A model generated the notes under the pieces. That model was given only the letters and a program-made list of their open reading frames with translations, ran no database searches and was not told the DNA's origin. This document shows positions 12,301 through 19,732 of a DNA stretch of 64,000 bases, piece after piece. Within the stretch, counting starts at the first letter, position 1. Each line of letters opens with the position of its first letter. A program made the translations under genes and the position numbers. Origin of the DNA: a virus; the IMG/VR virus record IMGVR_UViG_3300032215_000682, positions 32,001-96,000 of that record. One strand, written 5' to 3'.

Positions 12301-13485
12301 ATTAATATCATCTAATATAGGTTGATCTTTATATTTTATTAAAGCTTGCAAACTCTGTTTATCATTTACAGCTCCATTATATAAATATCTTTGAACATCA
12401 ATAGACCCATCTTTCAATCCTGTTCCATGATTTGTTAATTGTAATTGAGCAAGAGCTTTTATTTCTCCATTCTCATTACCAGCATTTTGCACTTTAATTG
12501 CATTATCTATCCATTTATCTTTTAATGCTTCAGTGTTTAAAAGATTTGTATTCTTTAAAAATTTAACAGAGTTTTCTAAATCTTGATTAGTAGAAGTTAA
12601 ATCATTTAAATCTTGTATAGGATCTAACACTTTCTTACCATCTTCTGATTTAGTAGAAGAAATAGATTTATCTGTAGCAAGTTTAGTTTTTACATTTGTT
12701 AATAATTCATTTAAGGCTTTATAAGCTTTTTCTGAATTTTCTATTGTAGTAGCATTCTGTTTTTGTAAATTTTGTCTAATAACAGGATCTGATTCATCAG
12801 CTATTGCTAATTGTGCAGATGTAGAAGCAGTTTTATGTTTCCACATTTCATTTGTAATCTTAGCAGCCTCATCAGAAAGTTGCTTACTATCATAAACTGG
12901 AGTAGTTTCAGAATAAGTTTTCTTACCATCTTTGTTTACATCCACTTGATAACCTAAACCAGCAGTGTTTATATTATAATATTGTGAAGCATTTTCTAAT
13001 ACTTTTCCTAAATTATCAGAATATGTTGTAGCATCTATACTATTAGAAGGAAGATTAGAATTAGTTAAAAGTTTATTAGTTGTATTTCCTACATTAATAG
13101 TATTAGTAGTAGGTTTTAATAATGAAGTAAATTCATTAACATCTCCTTTGAATCCTTGTTGTTTATTATTTAAATAATGATCTACAATAAATCCAGAAGC
13201 TAATGGAACTGCTAAAGCACTAAATACCATTCCAGCCCAATCTGTCTTCTCTTCTTTTGGTGGAGCAGGTGTAAAAAATTCAGGAAATTTAGAATTAAGT
13301 TCTTCAGGAGTTTTATATTTTCCTGATGAAACTGTTGCTACATAATCATGAGCAGACTTTACTAAATTACTATCTCCATTAAATTCAGGAAATTTAGTAA
13401 GCAAATCTCCATCTGTTAAATATGGTTTTGCTTCTATTGTAGATTTAAAGTCATCTAATGTTTGTTGATTTATATTATTTGGCAT
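349..13485 (-). CDS. Giant virion-packaged RNA polymerase (crAss-like) with zincin HExxH motif and C-terminal SF1B Dda/RecD-like helicase
   Basis: Catalytic AGSDFDIDK (nt ~4018-4032), GVRIPVQGANSM, ETDALG and FMNGFVDVAKD are typical of crAss-like vRNAP. HEAYH lies at 8179-8193. Helicase motifs are GKAGTGKTT, IIDEASM, GDVGQLPP, YAITSHKSQGSTY and YTALTRP. Confidence 0.92.
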   Translation of the reverse strand: MPNNINQQTLDDFKSTIEAKPYLTDGDLLTKFPEFNGDSNLVKSAHDYVATVSSGKYKTPEELNSKFPEFFTPAPPKEEKTDWAGMVFSALAVPLASGFIVDHYLNNKQQGFKGDVNEFTSLLKPTTNTINVGNTTNKLLTNSNLPSNSIDATTYSDNLGKVLENASQYYNINTAGLGYQVDVNKDGKKTYSETTPVYDSKQLSDEAAKITNEMWKHKTASTSAQLAIADESDPVIRQNLQKQNATTIENSEKAYKALNELLTNVKTKLATDKSISSTKSEDGKKVLDPIQDLNDLTSTNQDLENSVKFLKNTNLLNTEALKDKWIDNAIKVQNAGNENGEIKALAQLQLTNHGTGLKDGSIDVQRYLYNGAVNDKQSLQALIKYKDQPILDDINKQLKQFDVLLKDPVNKLSDEGKQQYADLTKMKINLQSKIEEENKYIKRVDDVIKKEIPDLTHYEAHQDYLNNMWENSNWASKVGLGALSLLGGKALMLKKDSGFWGAYAAATNGFTDFSKDGTITLNDGRKASYKEAALLSLWNTGEDTQELQTTRNGQKVNLSQLESVKWKAGTLMPKVDVAGWLYQIGNVGLDMVLIGTPGLAGEGLEEALLGNTIKYQEGLLAKEGTNAFVKAAQYAELGTLQATKYAIGTTTGFILPSVYLFGPEMIKQELDKGLTLNQSTKLGAVRAGIEGLTERIGVDALVNTKLAIAGGEIHDLIKLTDDAVFRKAIERTLESITSKEAAPLLYKFLYKTDRDALKQFAKGFLKTSGAETLEEEMGLFMNHFATKYAQANYKKDYQNTDPLTLENIVNTALQTIATMLPQSTLEGVLGMKNNNTQLQYSQYRVGMSPSIYKSNIDDMVEKGFITKEEADRRNKLVDVYKEIFDRNESWNTLIDSMPHLSDSVKESRKFEIFQNEIKRENLGEAVLLTKNEEKQAEYQEEAANIPTSEETIAKAQEETIPNDYTKSSLEVFNKEYSDANIKKINDPSELDKGLNAIKSEGNIPNISKEYLKNLDEIKTKLENRKLEIEQEKKAALNIDEAIKQAEAIYAKEGTPQEKEDNAIQVLEDFEKRIRESGVVLEDHQKAQIEAAIKNIESRSDIPLEGNINKEEFVKNLKVNDDVQYKGNAYKLGSLPVDNVVTLVDGEHVLNNIPVKELSPFKKVYSQKEIEDINTKAEEGDVSAEELINNDIEIQKGINELHSENIPNEIDVDIDDVEKVLPPPVPASVLHSIGTSVGNLFLKGTTTVDKAFKTAQNSLKQIINKETINDFKVLVLRPSQLIERLGGLEAIKDLFENDYNYWKENGYDTKTKEEIDAIEEKNTHVKLVLVDNAGQIVYFNEKGNVVIEGGIPSIHNVPTIYKDTNGKITGSATEVYDKKTNTIGFKRKDIDEKEEDAATYRQSLEDLEALRKNPPISLISIQRMGMGIVTKFVTEPISTSSFIKNLNGKLEQAEYTLPDLKLFVSTTPSVDRVEGQSYLTDSKYGFNFPISRPYLANVQLQGFIDALIKIGTENNVSKTLNTFEARKAYLDRYVYFDDASINLIKNKNGEAFKINKSFFDGYSVSNIENVKAVGDFYYFNISENNSEAFKTALEHALGQKKLNIKSPENIENFNIPIFTEGKLSFTPANYEKFIIDNTEIYQDVNDNKDSNTLAENGVQAFPGTYMMLDNSNIVPETKQEVKQEIKQKPEKSIDDIFDTLNKDRKLESKFSKTEWNDVKNWWSNSPLSKYIDLNHFINIVNSGAHATFFNNVVTLYNTATPRMLYHEAYHGFSQLFLTKRQKTNLYNELRKKSGVVDVINESGNLVSKSYSQLTNREAEEVLGDNFEEYADSNGTMYFDKDLSKQTIFQKMWNFIKELISPDAIKNVYKQLYKGNFNNVPSLDNALFGKLNKAYTAEDGTIIGSVDVNNYINTIDSIITSGLERRGKMFVLFTADEKDKKKNFDGLYEIARLSIQEKLESKTLPQEQQDKLQFLYDNFNGKLGFEKTYIENSSIFSGIKTEEEIDEEEITSRDGAVEWAEKNKKSAIKQASKQIVFLMSTLSRGELNEFGFPKLLPLSTTWYRLQSQTQGITDPVEMYDVIVKLGNTYPEYKQLVNNDKDGTQRLPKLENYPDFNIKQISLLQSFIQAFSKPKIDLYEGVYDVTKGGFGFYNTKSATKAIDKLGAYYTANFKTIEESSYIIKNNIGENVLDVASVNKDFGVVKDGVTYLKKDKATRIAFIKSLGIDLSDVTINSKAFNDLITDNRDTLNQIFNGMNHLNSYGEKITSPIKDISGVASVIKEFKYKSEATNIDALLQIEVDATNEWQEDMAMLPSGDMKSQYSQFSKTSLIYAEINNKEKYPHLDDFIKVFPEYSVEASPTLYYTLWMNSLFQIRNEDGSIIKGEEFGKRRNSEIELIDIGGFKTKTDRDTVGNKTTDLFSVDKIFYDINSFFANNIVEHMRYGDKGSAFGTQIKYNTTNSNYPVAISEFDGELIPSPVQYIFEDYLKGTILEIQRYNKIYLKAKEEKGITIAKYDKTGNGFRMFTDILPEEIKQQILENINNNVDDIFKDIDIKLYLEKFFKDRVEVLKDKIRQGITNKGNFLSDEIGIKDTKGLSYSDALNAFVVSNYIYNYEQMMFINGDVTQFKSPEDVHKRLSADSATGDFSVMSPIIKYYLNATGREQEQHLFNKKSQVEEFYKSVVLKDREIISNYLKDYLNTVIKNSGKELNAEELINMDIDEAKEALKDAPFNIFNTLKAFKEVNETDALGLCTLDFYRNFKIIIGQWNDLAEKAYIKAAKGIELSNDELYYFVPIKAQYSGTIANTEQHFGQEMRIDAFDKFALIPMIPTAIKGKPLEGFNDKLVKENIGYGIFESGSKKAALQNNGEYENFENREVPYLTNDKYFHYLKEQVYIEPKVKPNIIFATQFNKLFNVDMFAEGKPISEKIGAISAKYNAARQQLVDIELKKVRKELGIRGENEPINFKALASLLQKEFKTKDVPDNIQDFIRTDNEGNLVYSLDSSLARQQITNILLSIVNNRLIKNKLNGDNFVQTAFTGWDKDSTLKLYEIKERENGEKYVSKMQVKVSINKFKPLLKLVDEIDEGKALIALNQLLKDEEWVKEHEAELTMVGVRIPVQGANSMLNCIVQEFLPASTGSLIVFPSEITAIAGSDFDIDKVSMYIPNFKEDGKLPRFNKKSSGEKINDRVLESFPGFVRQDVRDILESAENKKERDEQIEKYIIELYEHFSSIRDKSDAIHVKITALKQVLDKGIEEYTKDLPSTNKKSILQNEMISLLSESLEQPEMFESLITPNSTSVLKPLADEIKKIVGRGEKVGYSTLFDYSTQINQFEANLVGKKSLGIAAKNNTFSQLFKQHNVFLNNFFKYADGRVENKILLKHNFIQNGPYKNISLAKEYDANGEYKISEIISQFMNGFVDVAKDAWVFDLGATFEATPTLLYLNHAGVPIREAIYLVNQSIIREYLALKKLKNFQMGKLLNSLYQNNNFTDKKIKEILQAKFPVKEAIVQSSDIYNEETLKENISKSSNKTQRAYLEHYIELEQQAQGLRELTSALDFDTANLSSVFAAFEKEELYQQVLSKNIFNKEGIEAIKKDSVISMLDMNDFVKKNFTKFFKLVELPQVNEFLLSKINDASFGNKEVFESRFKNDLIGYAYNAFGNSFQTIRPQFNGEMINRLNTLLKDQPELIKKYSILKNLVGNTSTLRKDIVNLKLKSEIRETNDVNLAIDEIKKGLLDDNLEVREFFKDYISFAFIQSGLQKSPLYMTNLLPTEQISNEIEKVLPLMKEIVENNGALEEWYDKYFVPNNAQIIKPKVKRGLGLIKTVTQDGKKITVHTYPDEAYRLKTPVKIEIKSQEQKYIEETKNATPVNNVKLNPEQEIAVKGAIDFIKNGNPKEYYVIEGKAGTGKTTIAEQIVREFPNSATYVAALSHKAKSVIREKFRKSKIFARFESIASLLGQSMNLENGIFEAPQKGKSVPIENADIIIIDEASMINEQAMELIFEKKSKNSKVIFLGDVGQLPPIRTVENSYYKDKKELLSKKSPVFEGKNKSKLLERVRQGEDSPILPFADHFWENSQKNTPDENPAKERKNIISDKGALIFTNSFNDIKQDVLESFKEAINTNNPNHIKVVTYKNNTRQSINKFVHDSIFGVNSPEYNPNELIIFNDAYGDIENSFESQISTVSLPKRDGYDLSYVSAIILLEDVPREIDVIMSKDKEKYAELVSQKFKRAFALKGSPEYRNALEEAWGFKNKYAKIDYGYAITSHKSQGSTYDIVVVDEKDIMSVGPISNKEKSESIYTALTRPKNIAIVISSLKVEDSDVKIEELNSKYDNDKTKIPNLEIEDDIDQENISNNEDILPEEKTNENIEEEENPGCVVPF

Positions 13486-13486
13486 A

Positions 13487-15124
13487 TTATCTTACTGTTC
13501 CTTTATTTATTTGTGTATTATTAGAAGAAGCTGTTTTAGTTGCTGGTTTTAATCTATCTCCTATTGTAGCAGCAAAACTATTAATATCTATTGGAGTAGA
13601 AGCTTCAGTGTCCCATACATGTCCTTTAATACTATAAGTGATTTTATCTCCCTCAAGTTTTACTTTTGTCACTTCATCATCTTTTGGAATATTAAATTCT
13701 GCTTTATATTCAGGATCATTTAACCATTCTTGAATAGTTTTATTAACACTAGCTTGTACATCTGTAGATTTAGCACTAAGATTTTCAGCATTTTTTAATA
13801 GATTATTAAATTCTGCAACTTTTGGATTATTAGAAGTGTTAGCTAATTTTTTAATTTCAGCTTTAGTTTGTAATAGATTTTTCTGTCTTTGTTCTATTAT
13901 ATCTGAATGAGCTTGTGCTTTTTCTAATTCTAAATCATTAGTTCTTGTTGCAGCTTCTTGAGCAGCTTTTAGTCCTTTAGGTGTATGTATTCCATTAATA
14001 ATTAATGAAGGATCTGTAGCTTCACCAGTGGCAGGATTTAATGCTCCAGGTATAATTCTATCAGCCACTTGTTCTTGTATATGTTTACCAATAGCAAGTT
14101 TTTGCTCATAATCTTTTAGTCTATATGCTTCTTCTTTGTGAGATTTTAATGTAGAATAAGCATATGACTGAGCATTATCTAATGCATAATTATTCAATGT
14201 TTGTTCCATTAAATCATTTTTATATTTATTAACATCAGGATCTTTTGCCATTTTTGCCCATTGAGCATATTGAGCTTCAGCTTTTTGAGCATCTAAAATA
14301 TGTGTTTTATATCCCACCATATCATGCTTACTTGCAGCAATATTAGCAAGTCCATAAGCATTTTGAGCATTAGTACCAGCATCACTAGCCATTTTTCCAT
14401 AATCCATTCTAGCTGTGTTTTCCCAAGGTGTATTCTGATGTTCAAAATTAAATTTTCTTTGAAATTCAGCATAAGCTTGTGGGTCATTTTGAAACCTTCT
14501 TTTAATATTAGCTGCTAATGCTGCTTGATATTTAGTTTCAGTTTCATCAGTGTAGAGTCCACTGGCATCAGGTTTAAATTCATTAGTGGCATGTGTCTCT
14601 TTAGCTGCTTCATCTAATATTTTATTAAAATCAGCACTCTTATAAATATCTCCACTAAAATCATAATTTTTAATGTATTTTCCTTGTGCTATATAATTTT
14701 GATATTTTTGTAAAGGAAGAGCATTCCATGCACTAACAGTTTCACCTTTTTCTGTTAAATCATTATATTTTTTTAACTTTTGATGATAATCATTACCTCT
14801 TTGTACAACATTCTGAAAATCAGGATTTGATGTAATAGAATTAATATTTTGCTTAATTTGAGCTTGAACATTGCTGTTAGACAAATCATTAGAAGCTAGT
14901 CCATTAACACTTTCTGTTAATTTTTGTAAAGCTTGATTTTTAATATCAGTGTCAGCTCCAGGCAATGTAGGCATATTAGCTATATTATCTAATTGAGCTG
15001 TAAGATTATTAGCAGCTTTATCTGCCTGATCTTTTTGATGCATCACCCCATGAGCAAGAATATCTAAACTCACTGGAGGTACATATTGTGGAGAATTCTG
15101 TATTAGCTGACTTGAATAGTTCAT
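13487..15124 (-). CDS. Internal virion cargo/ejection protein
   Basis: Helical 545-aa protein with N-terminal YVPP motif, directly upstream of the vRNAP. This is the crAss-like cargo position. Confidence 0.6.
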   Translation of the reverse strand: MNYSSQLIQNSPQYVPPVSLDILAHGVMHQKDQADKAANNLTAQLDNIANMPTLPGADTDIKNQALQKLTESVNGLASNDLSNSNVQAQIKQNINSITSNPDFQNVVQRGNDYHQKLKKYNDLTEKGETVSAWNALPLQKYQNYIAQGKYIKNYDFSGDIYKSADFNKILDEAAKETHATNEFKPDASGLYTDETETKYQAALAANIKRRFQNDPQAYAEFQRKFNFEHQNTPWENTARMDYGKMASDAGTNAQNAYGLANIAASKHDMVGYKTHILDAQKAEAQYAQWAKMAKDPDVNKYKNDLMEQTLNNYALDNAQSYAYSTLKSHKEEAYRLKDYEQKLAIGKHIQEQVADRIIPGALNPATGEATDPSLIINGIHTPKGLKAAQEAATRTNDLELEKAQAHSDIIEQRQKNLLQTKAEIKKLANTSNNPKVAEFNNLLKNAENLSAKSTDVQASVNKTIQEWLNDPEYKAEFNIPKDDEVTKVKLEGDKITYSIKGHVWDTEASTPIDINSFAATIGDRLKPATKTASSNNTQINKGTVR

Positions 15125-15151
15125 AAATTTTTATATATATTATATATAACA

Positions 15152-15205
15152 CAAAGATAATAAAAATAAATGAATATTCCTAATATCTCAGTGTTTTATG
15201 TGAAT
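15152..15205 (-). promoter_or_regulatory. Bacteroidota sigma-A-type promoter plus upstream palindromic box
   Basis: Minus-strand TATCTTTG (15152-15159) and TTAGG at the -33 position. Box ctcagtgttttatgtgaat at 15187-15205. Confidence 0.65.
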
Positions 15206-15209
15206 TTAA

Positions 15210-18158
15210 TTATTTTTTTAATTTTTTCTTTAACATTCCACCATATTTCTTCTTTTCAACAGTTTTAGTACTCACTTCACCTTTAGCATTTCTACTAGTG
15301 GTGTTAGTTACATCTGCTGAAGCATTATATGGAGCTGTCATTCCTGGAGCCATCCATTGAAATGTAGAATTAGGAGAATTACCATAGACATCTTGAATAT
15401 ATTTAGCAGAAGCATTATAAGCATTAGCATTATACATATTCTGTGTAGAAGCATTAGCATCAAATCTTTTCTGACTATCAATAACACCTTTACCTTTATT
15501 AATTAAGTCCATAAATCTATTTCTTTCTTGTAAATTTTGTTGGTCTACAGCAGAAAGTTCTCTAGCATTGAATTCATCAACACCTATCTTACCTTGTTGT
15601 GCTCTATTAAAATTATCACTATATATTCCTTGTTTAGCTCTCCATGTATTAGCAAAAGATTGAGCACTATTAGCAAGTCCCATAGGGGATGTATCTAAAC
15701 CTTTAGTTGTAACTCTAAATCCTCTATTAGCTTCTGCAATAGCAGGTTCTATATCTGTAGGTCTATAATTAATTAAATGAGGATTTAGTTGACTAGTTTG
15801 TAATGGGTCTTCTTGATATGTGTTCATTACAGGAAAAGGAAGTCCATTAAAATTCATTCCATTAGATTTTTGTCCAGAAGTTCCTTTAATTTTATTTACA
15901 TTAAAATTAGCTTTATCATTTGGTGATACAGGTGTAGTAGGTGTAACAGTCTCATCTTTTAACTCATTAATATTAGGAAATCTATAATCCCAAAGACCAT
16001 CTTTAAATCCAGCAAGTTTTTGATTATCTGTATAATTACTTCCTATTGGATTTTTGTAATAAGGGTCATTAAATGCTTCTCCTTTAGCTCCATATAATTT
16101 AACACCAAAGTCTGTCATAGGTTGATGTCCCATATATTCAGCAGTTTGCTTAGGGTATGTAGAAGCCATCCAATTTTGTAATGATGCTATATCTTTAGCA
16201 CCTTTATAACCTTTAGCAATAGCATCTTGATATATATGATCTACATTTTCATAACTACCTGTAGGCCCAAATTGTCCTGTTATTGTTGGAAATAGTCTTT
16301 GAAATGGAGCTTCTACATTTACATTATTTGTTTCTTCAATATTAAAAGGATTTGTTGGAGAAACATTATTATTTACATTTAAATTATAAGGAATTATATT
16401 AGGATTTTGTCCATAATATGTACCATCATTATTTACTTCATTTCCTTTTAGTAATGTTTTTCCACCTTCTTTATATTTAGAAATAAAACCTCCAACAGCT
16501 TTTTTCATTCCTTTAAATTCTCCTATTCCATTATGCATTTTAAATGCTTGTTGAATATTATAAATATTGTCAACTTTTTCATTTTTTATTTTTAAATTTA
16601 AATTAGCTGTATTTCTTTCAATAGAGTCAGCATATTTATTATTTAAATTCTCAACATCACTTTCTGTAGAGTATTTTTTAGCTTCTTCTGCAAAAGATTT
16701 TTCTTTTTTATTAGGCATAAACTGAAATTTTAGTCTATCTGATAATACTTTTGTATTAGGAGCATTAACTGGTATACCACCTTGCTCATGTTTAGGGCCT
16801 TGCATATCATTTATAAGACCTTCTGGTGATTGAATAGTTTCTCCACCTTCTATTTCAGAATTACTATTTCTTCTAGTAGTTCTAAAATCATTTACATTAA
16901 ACATCTTTGGAAGTTTGTTTGTAATAGAAGGAAGTGTTTCTTCTGATAATTGTTCTTTTGGAATGCCATTTTCATTTTCTTCTATTTCTCCACCAGTGTC
17001 ATATTTTATTTTACCACCATTGTGAAACTGTAAAGGCTTTCCTGTCTTAGCATCAAAATACTCCATTTCTCCACTTTCACCATCTTGCTTAGGTCTTGAA
17101 AAGTATTTTGGATATTGAGGTTGCATTTTAGGTACTTCATACTTACCTAAGATTGGTTGCTGTGTATTATCTCCTTGTGGAAATGGTTGAGTTATAGATT
17201 GTATGTTATTTTGAGGTCTGTTTTGTTTTTTTACTAGTTCAGATGTATATGATTTTTCAAGAGTATTGTTTTTTAATCCATTATAAGAATTAGTAATAGT
17301 TGTATAAGAAGGCTCATATTTTTGTGGAGATTTATTATTTTGTACTAAATTATAAGTAGCAAAATGTTCTCCATTTTGGTCATATACTGGATGATTATAA
17401 ACATTTTTATTTATAGAACCATTATCAAAAGTTTGAGTATTACCACCATCTCCATATTTAATAGTTCCTCCATAAGCATTAAAAAGCCCTTGTTTCATTT
17501 CTCCATGTAAATCATTTGGTGTGAAATTGGAGAATCCATCTCTAAGACTACCATCTAATTGAGAAAATAATTGATTATTATCATAGTTTTTAGTATATCT
17601 ATTCTGCATTGTATCACCAACAGCTTTAGCTATTCCTTTAGTGAAATCCTTTCCAGCAGATATTCCTTGTCCTATTCCTTGTGCAGGTGTTTCAGCATTA
17701 ATAGAATTAATTGTATGCATTCCTGCTGTAGTAAAATAATCTCCATGTCCTGACATTGGAAGAGAATATATTCCTTTTCCATATGGAGATTTTGTATTAT
17801 TTTTCTGATTAATTAATCCTTGAAAATCTATATTAGGAGCTGGTAATGGTATTCCAGAATTATCCACTCTATTTGCAGGATTTGCAGGATCATCAGGGAG
17901 ATTGGAATAAGGATTATCATCTTCTCTTGGTAGAGGCATAAAACCACCTTCACCATATTTTTTAGCAAATTCTAATAGATGTTTATCATATATGGGATCA
18001 CCTGAAATAAGTCCTCCTTCTGCTTTTTTATGAAAACCATGATGTTTTTTCAAAGTTTTAGCTAATGCTTTCCTTTTAGGAGTACATGTTGATTTTGTCA
18101 TTGGGGTACAATATCCTTTATGTTTAGGATTTATACCCATAAATTCTTTCTTTGACAT
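15210..18158 (-). CDS. Internal virion cargo protein with repeated K(Y/F/A)xxGG motifs
   Basis: 982 aa, low complexity, about 9 xxGG motifs and a conserved-looking EIEGGE...GPKHEQGGIPV...VLSDRLK block. Located upstream of the vRNAP genes. Confidence 0.6.
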   Translation of the reverse strand: MSKKEFMGINPKHKGYCTPMTKSTCTPKRKALAKTLKKHHGFHKKAEGGLISGDPIYDKHLLEFAKKYGEGGFMPLPREDDNPYSNLPDDPANPANRVDNSGIPLPAPNIDFQGLINQKNNTKSPYGKGIYSLPMSGHGDYFTTAGMHTINSINAETPAQGIGQGISAGKDFTKGIAKAVGDTMQNRYTKNYDNNQLFSQLDGSLRDGFSNFTPNDLHGEMKQGLFNAYGGTIKYGDGGNTQTFDNGSINKNVYNHPVYDQNGEHFATYNLVQNNKSPQKYEPSYTTITNSYNGLKNNTLEKSYTSELVKKQNRPQNNIQSITQPFPQGDNTQQPILGKYEVPKMQPQYPKYFSRPKQDGESGEMEYFDAKTGKPLQFHNGGKIKYDTGGEIEENENGIPKEQLSEETLPSITNKLPKMFNVNDFRTTRRNSNSEIEGGETIQSPEGLINDMQGPKHEQGGIPVNAPNTKVLSDRLKFQFMPNKKEKSFAEEAKKYSTESDVENLNNKYADSIERNTANLNLKIKNEKVDNIYNIQQAFKMHNGIGEFKGMKKAVGGFISKYKEGGKTLLKGNEVNNDGTYYGQNPNIIPYNLNVNNNVSPTNPFNIEETNNVNVEAPFQRLFPTITGQFGPTGSYENVDHIYQDAIAKGYKGAKDIASLQNWMASTYPKQTAEYMGHQPMTDFGVKLYGAKGEAFNDPYYKNPIGSNYTDNQKLAGFKDGLWDYRFPNINELKDETVTPTTPVSPNDKANFNVNKIKGTSGQKSNGMNFNGLPFPVMNTYQEDPLQTSQLNPHLINYRPTDIEPAIAEANRGFRVTTKGLDTSPMGLANSAQSFANTWRAKQGIYSDNFNRAQQGKIGVDEFNARELSAVDQQNLQERNRFMDLINKGKGVIDSQKRFDANASTQNMYNANAYNASAKYIQDVYGNSPNSTFQWMAPGMTAPYNASADVTNTTSRNAKGEVSTKTVEKKKYGGMLKKKLKK

Positions 18159-18159
18159 T

Positions 18160-18777
18160 TTAATTATTTTTAATTATTTCTTGACAATAATATTTTAATT
18201 CATCTAAATTTAAATCACTTTTCATTTGATTTATTACCATACATACTAATTGGACATTATCTTTTAAATATCCTTTATTAGAATCTATTCTATCAACACT
18301 AACATTTGTATATATTCTACCTTTACCCATTAAATAGGTCATTTGTATTTTACTAATAGCACATAAACCTTTTTAAGATTCCCATAACTTTAATAAAAAA
18401 TCTTGTTTAAAATCTATTAAATGTCCAGATTTTTTTGCTCTTTCTCTCAATCCACAAAACCTTTCCAATAACATTCTTTGAAGATTATTTGGTCTATTTG
18501 AAATAAGTCTTTGTTTTCTTTGTAATTCTTTACAAATCTTACATCTTGTACTCCTATTATTTCTATAAGATTTTTTAGGATCTACACTAAAAAATTCTTC
18601 ATCTTTAGTTTCTCCACAACTTAAACATAATAATTTTCCATCACAATAATGTTTTTCTTTATTTCTAATTAAAGATCTACAATTATTACAAATTAAAGAA
18701 AATCCTCCTACACAATTTTTACATTTATAAAATTTTGAAAATTCTTTTTCTATATTACATTGACTACACACTTTCAT
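18160..18777 (-). pseudogene. HNH-like (His-Me finger) endonuclease interrupted by one in-frame TAA
   Basis: ORFs 18373-18777 and 18160-18342 are in the same frame: LWES-TAA(18373-18375)-KGLCAISKIQMTY...SVDRIDSNKGY..DNVQLVC..IN.MK. N-terminal CxxC zinc-finger repeats. Confidence 0.75.
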
Positions 18778-18801
18778 ATATGAATTTTATTTTTCATTAT
18801 T

Positions 18802-19203
18802 TTAGCTTAAAGAGAGTAAATATAAAGTTTCATTAATTAAATTCTCTACAGAATCTAACTCATTTTGAATAGGTGTATTATTTCTATCAAATACTATATA
18901 TCTTTGTACTTTGACATATTGCAATACTTCTTTTAAATATGTTAAAGGATTAGCATTTTCATACTGTGCTATAGGAAAATCTTTATATCCTGATAAATGT
19001 GCTCCTAACATTCCAGATGATTTTTCTGCTATACTATCTGTTAGTTCTAATATTTCATCATAAAAAGAATTCATGGCTTTATGAGTTGCAAAGCTATTAG
19101 TTTTTAAATGAAGTATGTGAGAGATTGTTCTACATGCAAATAAATAGCTAATAAACTCAGCTACTTTTGATGTATTCTTTTTTTCTATAAATTTGATTTC
19201 CAT
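18802..19203 (-). CDS. Ferritin/Dps-like four-helix protein
   Basis: HILHLKTNSFATHKAMNSFYDEILELTDSIAE matches the Dps-like H..H....H......D...E pattern. Confidence 0.7.
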   Translation of the reverse strand: MEIKFIEKKNTSKVAEFISYLFACRTISHILHLKTNSFATHKAMNSFYDEILELTDSIAEKSSGMLGAHLSGYKDFPIAQYENANPLTYLKEVLQYVKVQRYIVFDRNNTPIQNELDSVENLINETLYLLSLS

Positions 19204-19214
19204 TATTATTAATT

Positions 19215-19730
19215 TTAAAATTTAAATGAATTAATTCTTCTTAGCCAGCCCACTAAAAATTGATTTTGACTTGGGGTAGTTTTACATATATTATTTACAA
19301 ATGTTATTCTATCATTTTGTAAATCTTTAAATAATTGTTCTTGATTAGCAGAATTAATAGCTTTAATTGTATTAGGGCCTATTATACCATCTGCTGTTAA
19401 TTTTAAAATAGTTTGTAAATGTTTAATAGCATAATATCCACTATTATAAAACCAGTCACATATAAAATTTGCAATTGATTGATTTTGTATATCATCACAA
19501 TGTAAAACATCCCAATAATATTTTTTAAGAATAAAGACAAATTCTTTTTTTCCTAATAGTTTAATATCATCACAATTAATGATGTTATCACCATTCATAT
19601 CCCATCCAAATTTTTGCCATGTAGCAAGTGTTATACCTTCATTAGTACAACCACCTAAGTCTGATTTATTATTTACATATCCTCCTTCAAATTGCAAAAG
19701 CATATCTGAAAATTTGTTTACATCTGCCAT
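19215..19730 (-). CDS. Endolysin, glycoside hydrolase family 108 with peptidoglycan-binding C-terminus
   Basis: EGGYVN..SDLGGCTNEGIT catalytic motif, ADGIIGPNT, and C-terminal FLVGWLRRI. Confidence 0.88.
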   Translation of the reverse strand: MADVNKFSDMLLQFEGGYVNNKSDLGGCTNEGITLATWQKFGWDMNGDNIINCDDIKLLGKKEFVFILKKYYWDVLHCDDIQNQSIANFICDWFYNSGYYAIKHLQTILKLTADGIIGPNTIKAINSANQEQLFKDLQNDRITFVNNICKTTPSQNQFLVGWLRRINSFKF

Positions 19731-19732
19731 AA

